Below, one piece after another: positions 24,481 to 32,000 of a stretch of DNA of 32,000 bases (positions are counted from its first letter, which is position 1; each line of letters begins with the position of its first letter). Source of the stretch: Microcystis aeruginosa NIES-843. Its GTDB lineage: Bacteria > Cyanobacteriota > Cyanobacteriia > Cyanobacteriales > Microcystaceae. Both the position numbers and the translations under genes were made by a program. The notes under the pieces are model-generated. The model was not told the DNA's origin. It was given only the letters and a program-made list of their open reading frames with translations, and made no database searches. The stretch spans positions 4,290,001 to 4,322,000 of the forward strand of contig NC_010296.1 of assembly GCF_000010625.1 (NCBI RefSeq), in the 5' to 3' direction.

Positions 24481-24914
24481 ATACTTGTCAATGTAAAGTT
24501 TTATTACAGGATTCAACGTTTCTGACCCTGATGTTCTCTATTCTCTGGTTACTCATCAACCCATTCAACTCTTACAAAAAAACCAGAATCAAGATTCTCT
24601 AAGTCAGGCAATTGTTTAGATTAACTTTATTGCCTAGGAATTCAGATTGGGATGACTAATTAACGTAAGTTCGGGATAAGCTGAAACCCTTATTCTGTCA
24701 TTGGCTGGAACCATGATTCCCTCGTTGAGGAAGTCTCAAAATAGCCTTAACGCGAACATCAGATTAATTTAACCACGAGTTATGATCGCAAAAAAAGTGA
24801 TTTTTTGATTATTGATACTTATCAAAGGATTCCAATTATCAATCCAGCCGAGTTTCTCACCCTTTTCTAAGGTCAATGGGAATTTTTTTGAGGTGAAAAA
24901 AGGTAGTAAAAATA

Positions 24915-24944
24915 AACCCCTTCAAATGAGTGAATGAAGGGGTT
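24915..24944 (+). other. hairpin AACCCCTTCA-10 nt-TGAAGGGGTT
   Basis: 10-bp perfect stem read directly, in a 500-bp stretch without ORFs. It could be an orphan terminator. Confidence 0.4.
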
Positions 24945-24997
24945 ATTGAGAGTTTTTCATTGATGGTTTTTAGGAGACTTTTGTGGTTTCCTTTTCT

Positions 24998-26419
24998 GGC
25001 TCTTCGTTACCCTTTATGCTAAATCAACATACAAGATGCCAAGATAACATACTTCTAACCCAAAAATTCCGAAAGTTTCTCAAGCCATAGCCTCTCCGTT
25101 TTATTAGTTTAAGTTTATTGTTGATTCCCTCGACCACCCCATTCGTTGTCCTTCGCTCGAAATAACTAATTATTTCTCCAAACCAGTTTCGGATTGTTTG
25201 ACAACTCTTGGTAAAAACACTGGAGGATTTTGCCAACCATTCCGAGATGGATAGCATTCCCTCTGTCGGATTCTCTGAGGTTTCATAAATCTTTCTAAAT
25301 TCTTCCTTTAATTCCTGCATCTTTTTCAAATTTGGGAATTTTTCTTTGATAGCTTCTAGTTTAATTTTTTGGGGTTCCGTTAAATCTTCTTCATTTTTTA
25401 ACAGGCTATATTTACTTCGCTTTAAAACTTCTAGCTTCGCTTCTTTTTCCGCTTTCTGTTTTTTATTTTTCTGCGCTTCTACGGCTCTTTTTTCTGCTCT
25501 TCTCTGTTCGTCTAACTCTTGATTAATTTGTTTCATTACATGGAATCTATCGGCGACTACTTCGGCCGATGGCATCAATTCTTTCACCAAATTTTTATAA
25601 GGCAACCAAAGGTCTATGCTCACTTCTTCAATTTGCTCTAACACCTCTTTTCCCCAGCCCGTAAGCGTTTCTCTCAACTCTTCTTGTGTTCGCTTCTCTA
25701 GAATAGCTATTAGTTTTCCCGTATCTAAATTTACTAAAACCGCACAGTAATTTTTTTGTCCTTTGACTAGAGCGATTTCATCAATTCCTAGTCTTTTTAA
25801 TTCCGATAGGTCTGGCTCTGTAATTTCTTCGGCGATGTCCTCTATCATTCTTTGAATCTCTTCTTCCGTTACGTCATTTATTCGACTAACATTTAAAATA
25901 TCTCCTTCTTTTAATTGTTCGAGTATATTTGCGGCTAGTCTTTTCGTATAGGTTCGTTTCTTGGCGACAAAATCTAACTCTTCGCTAAAGGGTCTCTGAC
26001 AATTATCGCACTTAAATTGACGACGATTAATTTGTAGGTATACTGGTTGACCTGAGATTGGTAAATCTTTGACTAAATGTCGATGATTTTGGTGGAGTTT
26101 ATCGCTCTCTAACCCACAACGAGGACAGGTTGCTTTTTGATTTTTCGATTCGATTCGGCAAACTATACCGATATTTTCTAGGTGTAGATAGCCTTGAATA
26201 CAGGTTCCTTTTAGGTTCAAAAATTTGTCAAGTATCATAAGTAAAATAATCTCGTTTTTGGCTATTATATCAAATCTTAACTCAATTGTCTATCTTTTGG
26301 TATTAACCTGTTTGTGCCTTAAGTCCTTCCCTGTATGGATTTCAGCTACTTTTGAGCGTAGGCGCTCTCATCGAATTTTATTTTAAGTTAATTATTTGCA
26401 TAACAATTCCCGAAGAGCC
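24998..26419 (-). mobile_element. ISL3-family insertion sequence (copy 2), 1422 bp, with a perfect 8-bp target duplication
   Basis: One end reads GGCTCTTCGTTACCCTTTATGC at 24998. The reverse complement of the other end reads GGCTCTTCGGGAATTGTTATGC, finishing at 26419. The direct repeat CCTTTTCT lies at 24990-24997 and 26420-26427. Confidence 0.92.
25024..26238 (-). CDS. ISL3-family transposase
   Basis: 404 aa. CPRCG...CDNCQRPF zinc-finger region, DLW..ADRFHV, and TTNGVVEGINNKLKLIKRRGYGLRNFRNFWVR. Confidence 0.9.
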   Translation of the reverse strand: MILDKFLNLKGTCIQGYLHLENIGIVCRIESKNQKATCPRCGLESDKLHQNHRHLVKDLPISGQPVYLQINRRQFKCDNCQRPFSEELDFVAKKRTYTKRLAANILEQLKEGDILNVSRINDVTEEEIQRMIEDIAEEITEPDLSELKRLGIDEIALVKGQKNYCAVLVNLDTGKLIAILEKRTQEELRETLTGWGKEVLEQIEEVSIDLWLPYKNLVKELMPSAEVVADRFHVMKQINQELDEQRRAEKRAVEAQKNKKQKAEKEAKLEVLKRSKYSLLKNEEDLTEPQKIKLEAIKEKFPNLKKMQELKEEFRKIYETSENPTEGMLSISEWLAKSSSVFTKSCQTIRNWFGEIISYFERRTTNGVVEGINNKLKLIKRRGYGLRNFRNFWVRSMLSWHLVC

Positions 26420-26447
26420 CCTTTTCTGTGGATTTGGATGATACAAT

Positions 26448-27128
26448 CTAATTCTCGTCGAGAATATTAATCTGTATTTTGTTTGATTCGACAATGCCAT
26501 GCCATACAGGTTGTGCAGAACCTGTTTGCCATTGCTGAGGAAACTCTCCTTCTTGATTAACTTCATCGCACATAATCCAGTTTGTGACCGAACGTTCTTT
26601 TTCTGTTACTTGATAAGTAGCAGTAATATCAAAATGACCACTCCCTAGCTCAATATTCTTTAGTCGAAGCCAATCAGTTAGATTTAGGGTGTGGCTCAAG
26701 CTTTTACCAGGTTTAAGAAGGCAAACTATCTTAGCCGTCGCATATCTAGCAGTAGAAAGCGGAATCAATATGGGTTCTCTTTGACCCTCACCGATAACCC
26801 TCAACTGTAAATTATCATAATGGTTACCTTGGGGAGTTACATAATGAGAGACAAGCAAAATATCTTCGTTGACTTTATTAGTAAGTTTCCAATTCAATCG
26901 TATATTTTCTGCTAGTGTATAAACGCTTTTCTCGCTTGTCAATGATGCTTCAAGTTCACTCACTTCAGCTTGTTTAACCAAATTAGCGATATTGTTAGAC
27001 ATACTCTTTCTATCTACTATAACAGAAAAGCAACTTAAAAGAATAACTGTCAATAAAATTAGGACAACAAAGATTTTCAATTGAGTTCTTGTAGTTAGTT
27101 TTATAGATTGTTTTAAGGAGGAGAGCAA
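26448..27128 (-). CDS. hypothetical N-terminally anchored protein with a beta-rich domain
   Basis: 226 aa. A TTG start is preceded by the strong Shine-Dalgarno sequence AAGGAGGAG. TM segment IFVVLILLTVILLSCFSVIV. No family was recognised. Confidence 0.6.
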   Translation of the reverse strand: MLSSLKQSIKLTTRTQLKIFVVLILLTVILLSCFSVIVDRKSMSNNIANLVKQAEVSELEASLTSEKSVYTLAENIRLNWKLTNKVNEDILLVSHYVTPQGNHYDNLQLRVIGEGQREPILIPLSTARYATAKIVCLLKPGKSLSHTLNLTDWLRLKNIELGSGHFDITATYQVTEKERSVTNWIMCDEVNQEGEFPQQWQTGSAQPVWHGIVESNKIQINILDEN

Positions 27129-27156
27129 ATTTCTCCTCCTTATCCGTCAGGAGTTA

Positions 27157-27936
27157 TTAAGATTGTCGATTTCGGCGTACTAATGCCATCAGTCCAATAA
27201 CTGCCATAAAAGAGACAATTCCAGCAGATGGCTCTGGGACTGATAGTTTGAATCCCCAGCTAACTCCATCATAGATAGTTAGGACTCTGTTAGTATAGTC
27301 AACTTTAGAGATGAAAGTTTGAGCGTCGAAAAAACTATTAGGCCAATATCCTGCTGGTTTGTCGTAGAAATGCTGATCCGCATATTGGAAAGGATATAAC
27401 GGTGGGAGAGTTGGACCACCTGGGTTAACATCCATCTCATAAAAAGGTGGGACAATACCGCCACCTATGAGATAATTGTCGTATAATCCCTGAGACCAAA
27501 AGAAATCAGCTCTATCTGTTCCGGTATATTTGAAATCAATCCGTATCTCAACTCCTCCCACATTTGGTTTCGCAAAGGCATCAAAGGTGCTAACCTCAAA
27601 TACGGCATTAAGCTCACCGCCATTAGCTAATGTCCACAGATTGCCAGCATTCCAAGCGTCAAATGATTTTCTAAACTCAGAGCCAGGTTTGACTGCATCT
27701 GCTCCTTTAATGGCAGTTGTACTTACATAAGCATCGCTTCTACAATCCTTATATTTCGTTTTATCGAAGCCGAAACACTCCTGAATTGAATCAGAGTAAG
27801 TTGGAGTGGGATCGGTTATCTTGATGGTTGCAGCATTTACCTTCCCATAGTTGAGAAATAGGATTGTAGAAAGGCTAACAGATGTAAATCCGAAAACAGT
27901 TTTGAACGACTGAAACGTCGTTTGGGTGTTTAGCAT
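27157..27936 (-). CDS. PEP-CTERM sorting-domain protein
   Basis: 259 aa. N-terminal signal-like FGFTSVSLSTILFLNYGKVNA. C-terminal VPEPSAGIVSFMAVIGLMALVRRNRQS (PEP motif, TM helix, Arg cluster). Confidence 0.75.
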   Translation of the reverse strand: MLNTQTTFQSFKTVFGFTSVSLSTILFLNYGKVNAATIKITDPTPTYSDSIQECFGFDKTKYKDCRSDAYVSTTAIKGADAVKPGSEFRKSFDAWNAGNLWTLANGGELNAVFEVSTFDAFAKPNVGGVEIRIDFKYTGTDRADFFWSQGLYDNYLIGGGIVPPFYEMDVNPGGPTLPPLYPFQYADQHFYDKPAGYWPNSFFDAQTFISKVDYTNRVLTIYDGVSWGFKLSVPEPSAGIVSFMAVIGLMALVRRNRQS

Positions 27937-28126
27937 GGGTCTTAATCCTTTTACTAAAAATTTACTTCAAGTACGATCGCCTCTCTCATATCTCAGGTCA
28001 AGCAACAGCCCAACCCAACAACAAAGACGGACAACAGGACAATACACGCTCCCCCCCCAATAAAGTATCAAAAACTACAATTTAATAAATCTTTATATTT
28101 CTCTCCCTAGCAGCGACTCCCAAAGC

Positions 28127-28216
28127 AAGGAATCTCAATTAGTTTCCCCTGTTTTACCCCTTCTCAAGCGACCTATCCTCTTCCGTGAGGGATTGTAGCG
28201 CGATATGTCGGATTCG
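28127..28216 (+). repeat. ~90-bp direct repeat, copy A (downstream flank of the RelE-type TA cassette)
   Basis: AAGGAATCTCAATTAGTTTCCCCTGTTTTACCCCTTCTCAAGCG...GATTGTAGCGCGATATGTCGGATTCGG aligns with 28746-28835. By eye about four-fifths of positions are identical. Confidence 0.75.
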
Positions 28217-28219
28217 GTA

Positions 28220-28471
28220 TTATTTATAAATATCACCACGAGAACCGATCTCAGTGATAATGAAAAGCCGTTCTTCTCGATTGACTTGCATTAATACCCG
28301 ATAATTACCAACTCGCAGACGATAACCCTCACGTCCTTTAAGTTTTTTGAAATCTGTCTGAGTAGGACTAACCAGCAATTGATCCAGTTCATTTAAGATA
28401 CGCTCTTGGCTACGAGGCTGTAACCGTTTTAGGTAACGCTCGGCTGGTTTTAAGATGATGTAACGCCACAT
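28220..28471 (-). CDS. type II toxin, RelE/ParE superfamily
   Basis: 83 aa. YRLRVGNYRVLMQVNREERLFIITEIGSRGDIY is a typical RelE/StbE C-terminal pattern. It overlaps the upstream small acidic ORF. Confidence 0.8.
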   Translation of the reverse strand: MWRYIILKPAERYLKRLQPRSQERILNELDQLLVSPTQTDFKKLKGREGYRLRVGNYRVLMQVNREERLFIITEIGSRGDIYK

Positions 28472-28644
28472 CCTAATTCAGCCTTTAACTTAACTAAGGA
28501 TTTGCCAGGATCGCGCCCTTCTAGATACTCCTGATAGGCTTTCTCTGCCGCTTCAATTTCTTCGGGAAGCACGTCATCAGCCGTCTCAGAAGTTTCTAAA
28601 TACTCTAGGAATTGCTCAATATCTACAGCACTTTGGTCGTTCAT
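28450..28644 (-). CDS. putative cognate antitoxin (small acidic protein)
   Basis: 64 aa, acidic. It is translationally coupled to the toxin ORF, overlapping it by 22 nt. No DNA-binding motif was recognised by eye. Confidence 0.6.
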   Translation of the reverse strand: MNDQSAVDIEQFLEYLETSETADDVLPEEIEAAEKAYQEYLEGRDPGKSLVKLKAELGCGVTSS

Positions 28645-28745
28645 GCTACTGCCCTTACCTCCTTATTGTTTTTCTGGCTTTCATTTTAAGTTTTACCACA
28701 TTTATAAGTGTATCCTAAGAGTGCGATCGCATCGATTCACAGGAG

Positions 28746-28835
28746 AAGGAGTCTCAAGTATTTTCCCTGTTTTACTCCTTCTCAGGCGAACTATCGTCTT
28801 GTATGAAAGATTGTGGCGCAGTATGTTGGATTCGC
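28746..28835 (+). repeat. ~90-bp direct repeat, copy B (upstream flank of the RelE-type TA cassette)
   Basis: AAGGAGTCTCAAGTATTTTCCCTGTTTTACTCCTTCTCAGGCG...GATTGTGGCGCAGTATGTTGGATTCGC. The spacing to copy A is 619 bp. Confidence 0.75.
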
Positions 28836-29063
28836 CTTTGCGTTCTCCCTTGGCTGCGCCTCAACTCGATCGCTAACCCAAATTAAGCACGATTATATTG
28901 CCATAAAGCCGAAGAGGCTTGGTCTCCAACCCCTTGAGGACAAGATAGGCTGCACCCGCTCATTCTGTCGGTTGGATGGGGGAAACCCGTTACTGATTCT
29001 GCTCACAGAGAAGGACTAATTTTATTGGTGTAGAATAGAGACAATTATTGAGAGAGAAAGAAA

Positions 29064-29315
29064 ATGAGCACTATTTCCCTTGAAATTCCTGAAGAAATCT
29101 TAATTAGTCTCAAAGAAACTCCTGAAAATCTATCAAGAGAATTAAAAATATTGGCAGCCGTTAAACTTTTTGAACTTGACAAACTATCTTCAGGACGTGC
29201 AGCCCAATTAGCCGGAATGTCACGAGTAGAATTTTTAACTATTTTGGGGCGTTATCAAGTCTCCCCTTTTTCTTTAACGACTGAACAATTGGAACAAGAT
29301 ATTGTCAATGCCTAA
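29064..29315 (+). CDS. UPF0175-family antitoxin-like protein
   Basis: 83 aa. ISLEIPEEIL...LAAVKLFELDKLSSGRAAQLAGMSRVEFLTILGRYQVSPF matches the UPF0175 pattern. Confidence 0.8.
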   Translation: MSTISLEIPEEILISLKETPENLSRELKILAAVKLFELDKLSSGRAAQLAGMSRVEFLTILGRYQVSPFSLTTEQLEQDIVNA

Positions 29316-29796
29316 TCCTCAAGTCATTGTCAACACCTCTCCTCTACTGTACTTACATCAAGTGGGCTATTTGGAATTGCTCCAACGCTTGTATTCTCAA
29401 ATCTTGACTCCTCCAGCAGTAATCGAAGAATTAGCAATCGGTAAAAATCAAGGAATTGATGTTCCCAATATTCAGGCGATTGAATGGATTTCAATTACTC
29501 TGGTTAAATCAGTCAGTCTAATTCCAGCTATTATTGATTTAGGGCAAGGAGAAGCAGAGGTATTAGCTTTGGGATTAGAAAATCCAGATAGTTTACTGAT
29601 TTTTGATGATCAGTTAGCCCGACGTATTGCCGATTTATATCGCTTGAAATATTCAGGAACGCTTGGTGTTTTAGTTAAAGCGAAGCAGCAGGGCTATCTA
29701 TCTTCTGTTGCTCCCGTTATTGCTAAGTTACGCCATCAAGGAATGTGGCTAACTGATAAAGTTGTCAATGATGTTCTTCGATTAGCTGGAGAGTAA
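29308..29796 (+). CDS. DUF3368-family PIN-like nuclease (putative toxin)
   Basis: VIVNTSPLLYLHQVGYLELL...GEAEVLALGLE...LIFDDQLARRIA...GTLGVLVKAKQQGYL. The ATG at 29308 overlaps the antitoxin stop by 8 nt. The track start at 29302 is a TTG. Confidence 0.8.
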   Translation: MPNPQVIVNTSPLLYLHQVGYLELLQRLYSQILTPPAVIEELAIGKNQGIDVPNIQAIEWISITLVKSVSLIPAIIDLGQGEAEVLALGLENPDSLLIFDDQLARRIADLYRLKYSGTLGVLVKAKQQGYLSSVAPVIAKLRHQGMWLTDKVVNDVLRLAGE

Positions 29797-29812
29797 GTAT
29801 GCTTAAAAAAAA

Positions 29813-29998
29813 GGCTCTTCGTTACTTGGTATGGTTCGATAGGGGAGCATAAATCGACTAAATCCTTATCTGGCAAGAGACTTAATTGATTAGTTCGCTC
29901 TAGATCAAAAACAATTGACAAAAATCGCCAAATGTCTTTCTCTATAAGAGTTTCATTCCTTATAATCCTGTACGTTGCATAAGACAAACCGAAGAACC
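29813..29998 (-). mobile_element. 186-bp ISL3-derived MITE (copy B), inverted relative to copy A
   Basis: The reverse complement aligns end to end with 24294-24480. I counted roughly 18 differences, including one indel. Ends are GGCTCTTCGTTAC... and ...CCGAAGAACC. The 102-aa track ORF at 29736-30044 is an artefact of this element. Confidence 0.75.
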
Positions 29999-30129
29999 AT
30001 CTGGGTTGTAATAAACCTGCACCTGTCAGCATCCCACACCCCATCTTCCCACTTCCCCCGATTGAGTTAGCGGGTTCGGCTTCGATCTGTCAGAATACAA
30101 GTATTGAAACAACCCTTTTAAGAGGCTTC

Positions 30130-31308
30130 ATGGTGGAAGTTAAAGTCGTCCCCCCGAAACGCAATTGGGTTCAGACGTGGTGGCAATCCCTGAATTCCTT
30201 ATCCCGCTTACTGGTGATTGCTCTAGCTGCACCACTTGTCGTCCTGAATGTCTGGGCATTATCGGCAATTTTTGGCTATTTTGAATCTTTATTTGTTATT
30301 TTACTGATAGCGGCCGTTCTATCTTTTCTCTTGGGTTATCCGGTGACTTGGTTGGAACGTCAGGGATTAAAACGGGGTTTAGCTGCGATCGTGGTTTCCC
30401 TGATCACGATTTTAATTTTTGTGGCCGTGGGCATAACCCTAGTTCCCTTAGTCTTCACCCAAGCACAGCAATTTGTCAACAGATTGCCAGAATGGTTAGA
30501 CTCGGGACAGCGCCAACTGATGCAACTAGATACCAAAATCGACACGATGAATCTACCGATTCCGATCAGTTTCGATGGTCTGATCGCTCAGTTTAACAGT
30601 CGTTTAGGGGCAGAATTGCAAATTTTAGCGGGAAGAAGCGTTAATTTAGCCCTTAATCTCACCGTTTTTACTGTGGTGCGGGTGCTTGATGTGCTGCTAA
30701 CCATTATCCTCACCTTTTATCTGCTTCTCCACAGTCCCGATATCTGGAGGAGTATTATCCAATGGTTGCCCAAACCCGTCCAACAACCCTTTTCCCTAAC
30801 CCTACGCTTAAGTTTTCAGAATTACTTTGTCGGACAGGTGATTTGTGCCACCTGCATGGCCCTGGGATTAGTCACGGCATTTTTATCGATTAAAGTCCCT
30901 TTTGGTCTCCTATTCGGTCTGTTGATTGGCACCATGGCTTTAATCCCTTTTGGGGGAACTGTAGGCATTGTCACGGTGACAGCTTTACTAGCTTTGCGCG
31001 ATATTGGTTTAGCTCTACAAGTTTTAGCCGTGGCTGTAGTGGTGCAGCAAATTGTCGAAAATGGCATTGCTCCCCGGATTTTGGGCAGTGTCACCGGGTT
31101 AAATCCCTTTTGGGTGTTGGTCTCGGTCTTGACGGGGGCGCGAGTGGGCGGTTTACTGGGGGTGATTGTCGCGGTTCCCATGGCAGTAATGATCAAGGAA
31201 GCTTTGGAGGTGATCCGTCAAGTGACACCAGAGGAGACAAAACACGGGATAATTAAACCCTCTCTCCCCCTAGAATCAGAATCCTCTAGCGAGGTGGTTT
31301 CTCGCTGA
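30130..31308 (+). CDS. AI-2E family transporter (PerM/UPF0118-type permease)
   Basis: 392 aa with multiple TM helices. The conserved C-terminal half reads LIPFGGTVGIV...VVQQIVENGIAPRILG...LNPFWVLVSVLTGARVGGLLGVIVAVP. Confidence 0.85.
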   Translation: MVEVKVVPPKRNWVQTWWQSLNSLSRLLVIALAAPLVVLNVWALSAIFGYFESLFVILLIAAVLSFLLGYPVTWLERQGLKRGLAAIVVSLITILIFVAVGITLVPLVFTQAQQFVNRLPEWLDSGQRQLMQLDTKIDTMNLPIPISFDGLIAQFNSRLGAELQILAGRSVNLALNLTVFTVVRVLDVLLTIILTFYLLLHSPDIWRSIIQWLPKPVQQPFSLTLRLSFQNYFVGQVICATCMALGLVTAFLSIKVPFGLLFGLLIGTMALIPFGGTVGIVTVTALLALRDIGLALQVLAVAVVVQQIVENGIAPRILGSVTGLNPFWVLVSVLTGARVGGLLGVIVAVPMAVMIKEALEVIRQVTPEETKHGIIKPSLPLESESSSEVVSR

Positions 31309-31733
31309 AGAATGACTGACGGCATGATCTAGGGCGATGTGAGCAGTAATATTGGCCGGGATAAATCGGCAATTTTCTCGCAGGTTCTTGGCTTTTCTCC
31401 CTCGATCGAGTTATGATATCCATATTGGTAGATTAACTCCACTTGCCCTGATCGCCGTCCCTGGCGGATGCCTTGCTGGTCTCTGGGGCCTAGCTTATTG
31501 GGAGATTAGCTAACCAATTATCTCTAAACTCCGATAATTTTAAGAAAAGGTCAATGTCTATCCCGATAAATAAGCAAAAAATCGATATTTTGGTTAAATA
31601 GGCTACATTAACAGCCAGCTTTCTATCGTAAGCTCGAAGTTAAGACATAAAGTCAATATCACCCTCCGATTGCAATGAAAAAATGTTTGGATCGCTTAAG
31701 GTTTAAGCCTTTCAGACATTTTTTTTTGTGGAT

Positions 31734-31777
31734 TGATACTAAATCCAGTTATTAAAAACTGATTTAGTATGACATGG
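31734..31777. repeat. hairpin ATACTAAATCCAGTT-ATTAAA-AACTGATTTAGTAT
   Basis: Near-perfect 14-15-bp stem with one bulged C. Its arm sequences, TGATACTAAATCC and GATTTAGTATGAC, also occur at 19375-19388 and 19476-19488. Confidence 0.6.
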
Positions 31778-32000
31778 ACAAAAACCAACAGACCATGATC
31801 TGGAGAGATCGTCAAGAAAAGTATCAGAGTGAACTCTTGGAAAAGAATTGGTAAAATATAATTAGTAGGGAGAGTATTGCTGTTAATGTTTCGCTTTTTA
31901 ACGAGACGTTAACCAAGCTCAAAAGCAAAAAATAGCAGTAATTTGCCAAAAGCTCAAGGCCAATGGCTGACTGCTCTATACATCTCTCGTATTCTTTACT

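Noticed and set aside
28127-28835. Integron gene cassette with attC sites
   Set aside because: I could not find RYYYAAC / GTTRRRY core sites or an intI gene in the window. The idea is kept only as something to test.
29736-30044. 102-aa minus-strand ORF
   Set aside because: It is almost entirely encoded by MITE copy B. The same sequence at 24294-24480 is not part of any ORF in the track.
30348-31196. ORFs 30348-30596, 30360-30545 and 30822-31196
   Set aside because: They are alternative-frame or antisense shadows within the AI-2E transporter gene.
31352-31513. 53-codon TTG-initiated ORF with one hydrophobic helix (..LTPLALIAVPGGCLAGLWGLAYWEIS)
   Set aside because: It is too short, has a non-ATG start without an obvious Shine-Dalgarno sequence, and matches no family I recognise. 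The evidence is insufficient to call a gene.
1-32000. tRNA, rRNA, tmRNA or RNase P RNA genes
   Set aside because: I recognised no cloverleaf-like or conserved rRNA sequence in any intergenic region by eye. A covariance-model scan would be needed to exclude small RNAs.

Overview
This looks like a cyanobacterial chromosomal segment. The signals are HIP1 octamers GCGATCGC (e.g. 4641-4648 and 10457-10464), heptanucleotide tandem repeats, many small palindromic repeats, and the gene content. By my unverified recollection of the repeat types it best fits a Microcystis-type genome. All family calls below come from motif recognition by eye; nothing was searched.

Core genes: BolA-like, folD, a NUDIX hydrolase, an S41 Ctp protease, recR, speA, an RNase II-family exoribonuclease and an AI-2E transporter. 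Four accessory patches interrupt them.

(1) 1-3754: a partial ORF, a 37-bp tandem array, and a stand-alone P-loop ATPase gene enclosed by a 96-bp inverted repeat. The right arm of that repeat is split by an ISAs1-family IS with a 10-bp target duplication.

(2) 4996-7203: two tandem Uma2-family endonuclease paralogs and a glycine-zipper membrane/coiled-coil protein.

(3) 15536-22010: a 6.5-kb insert bounded by a 42-bp duplication of the speA 3' end. It carries a calpain-type (C2) cysteine protease with two near-identical PPC domains, a small putative lipoprotein, an ISL3 element, and an IS630 element with an A7 -1 frameshift site.

(4) 24294-29998: a 5.7-kb patch bounded by two inverted ~187-bp ISL3-derived MITEs. 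It carries the matching ISL3, a PEP-CTERM protein with an adjacent anchored protein, a RelE-type TA cassette bracketed by ~90-bp direct repeats, and a UPF0175/DUF3368 TA pair.

No rRNA, tRNA or CRISPR array was recognised.
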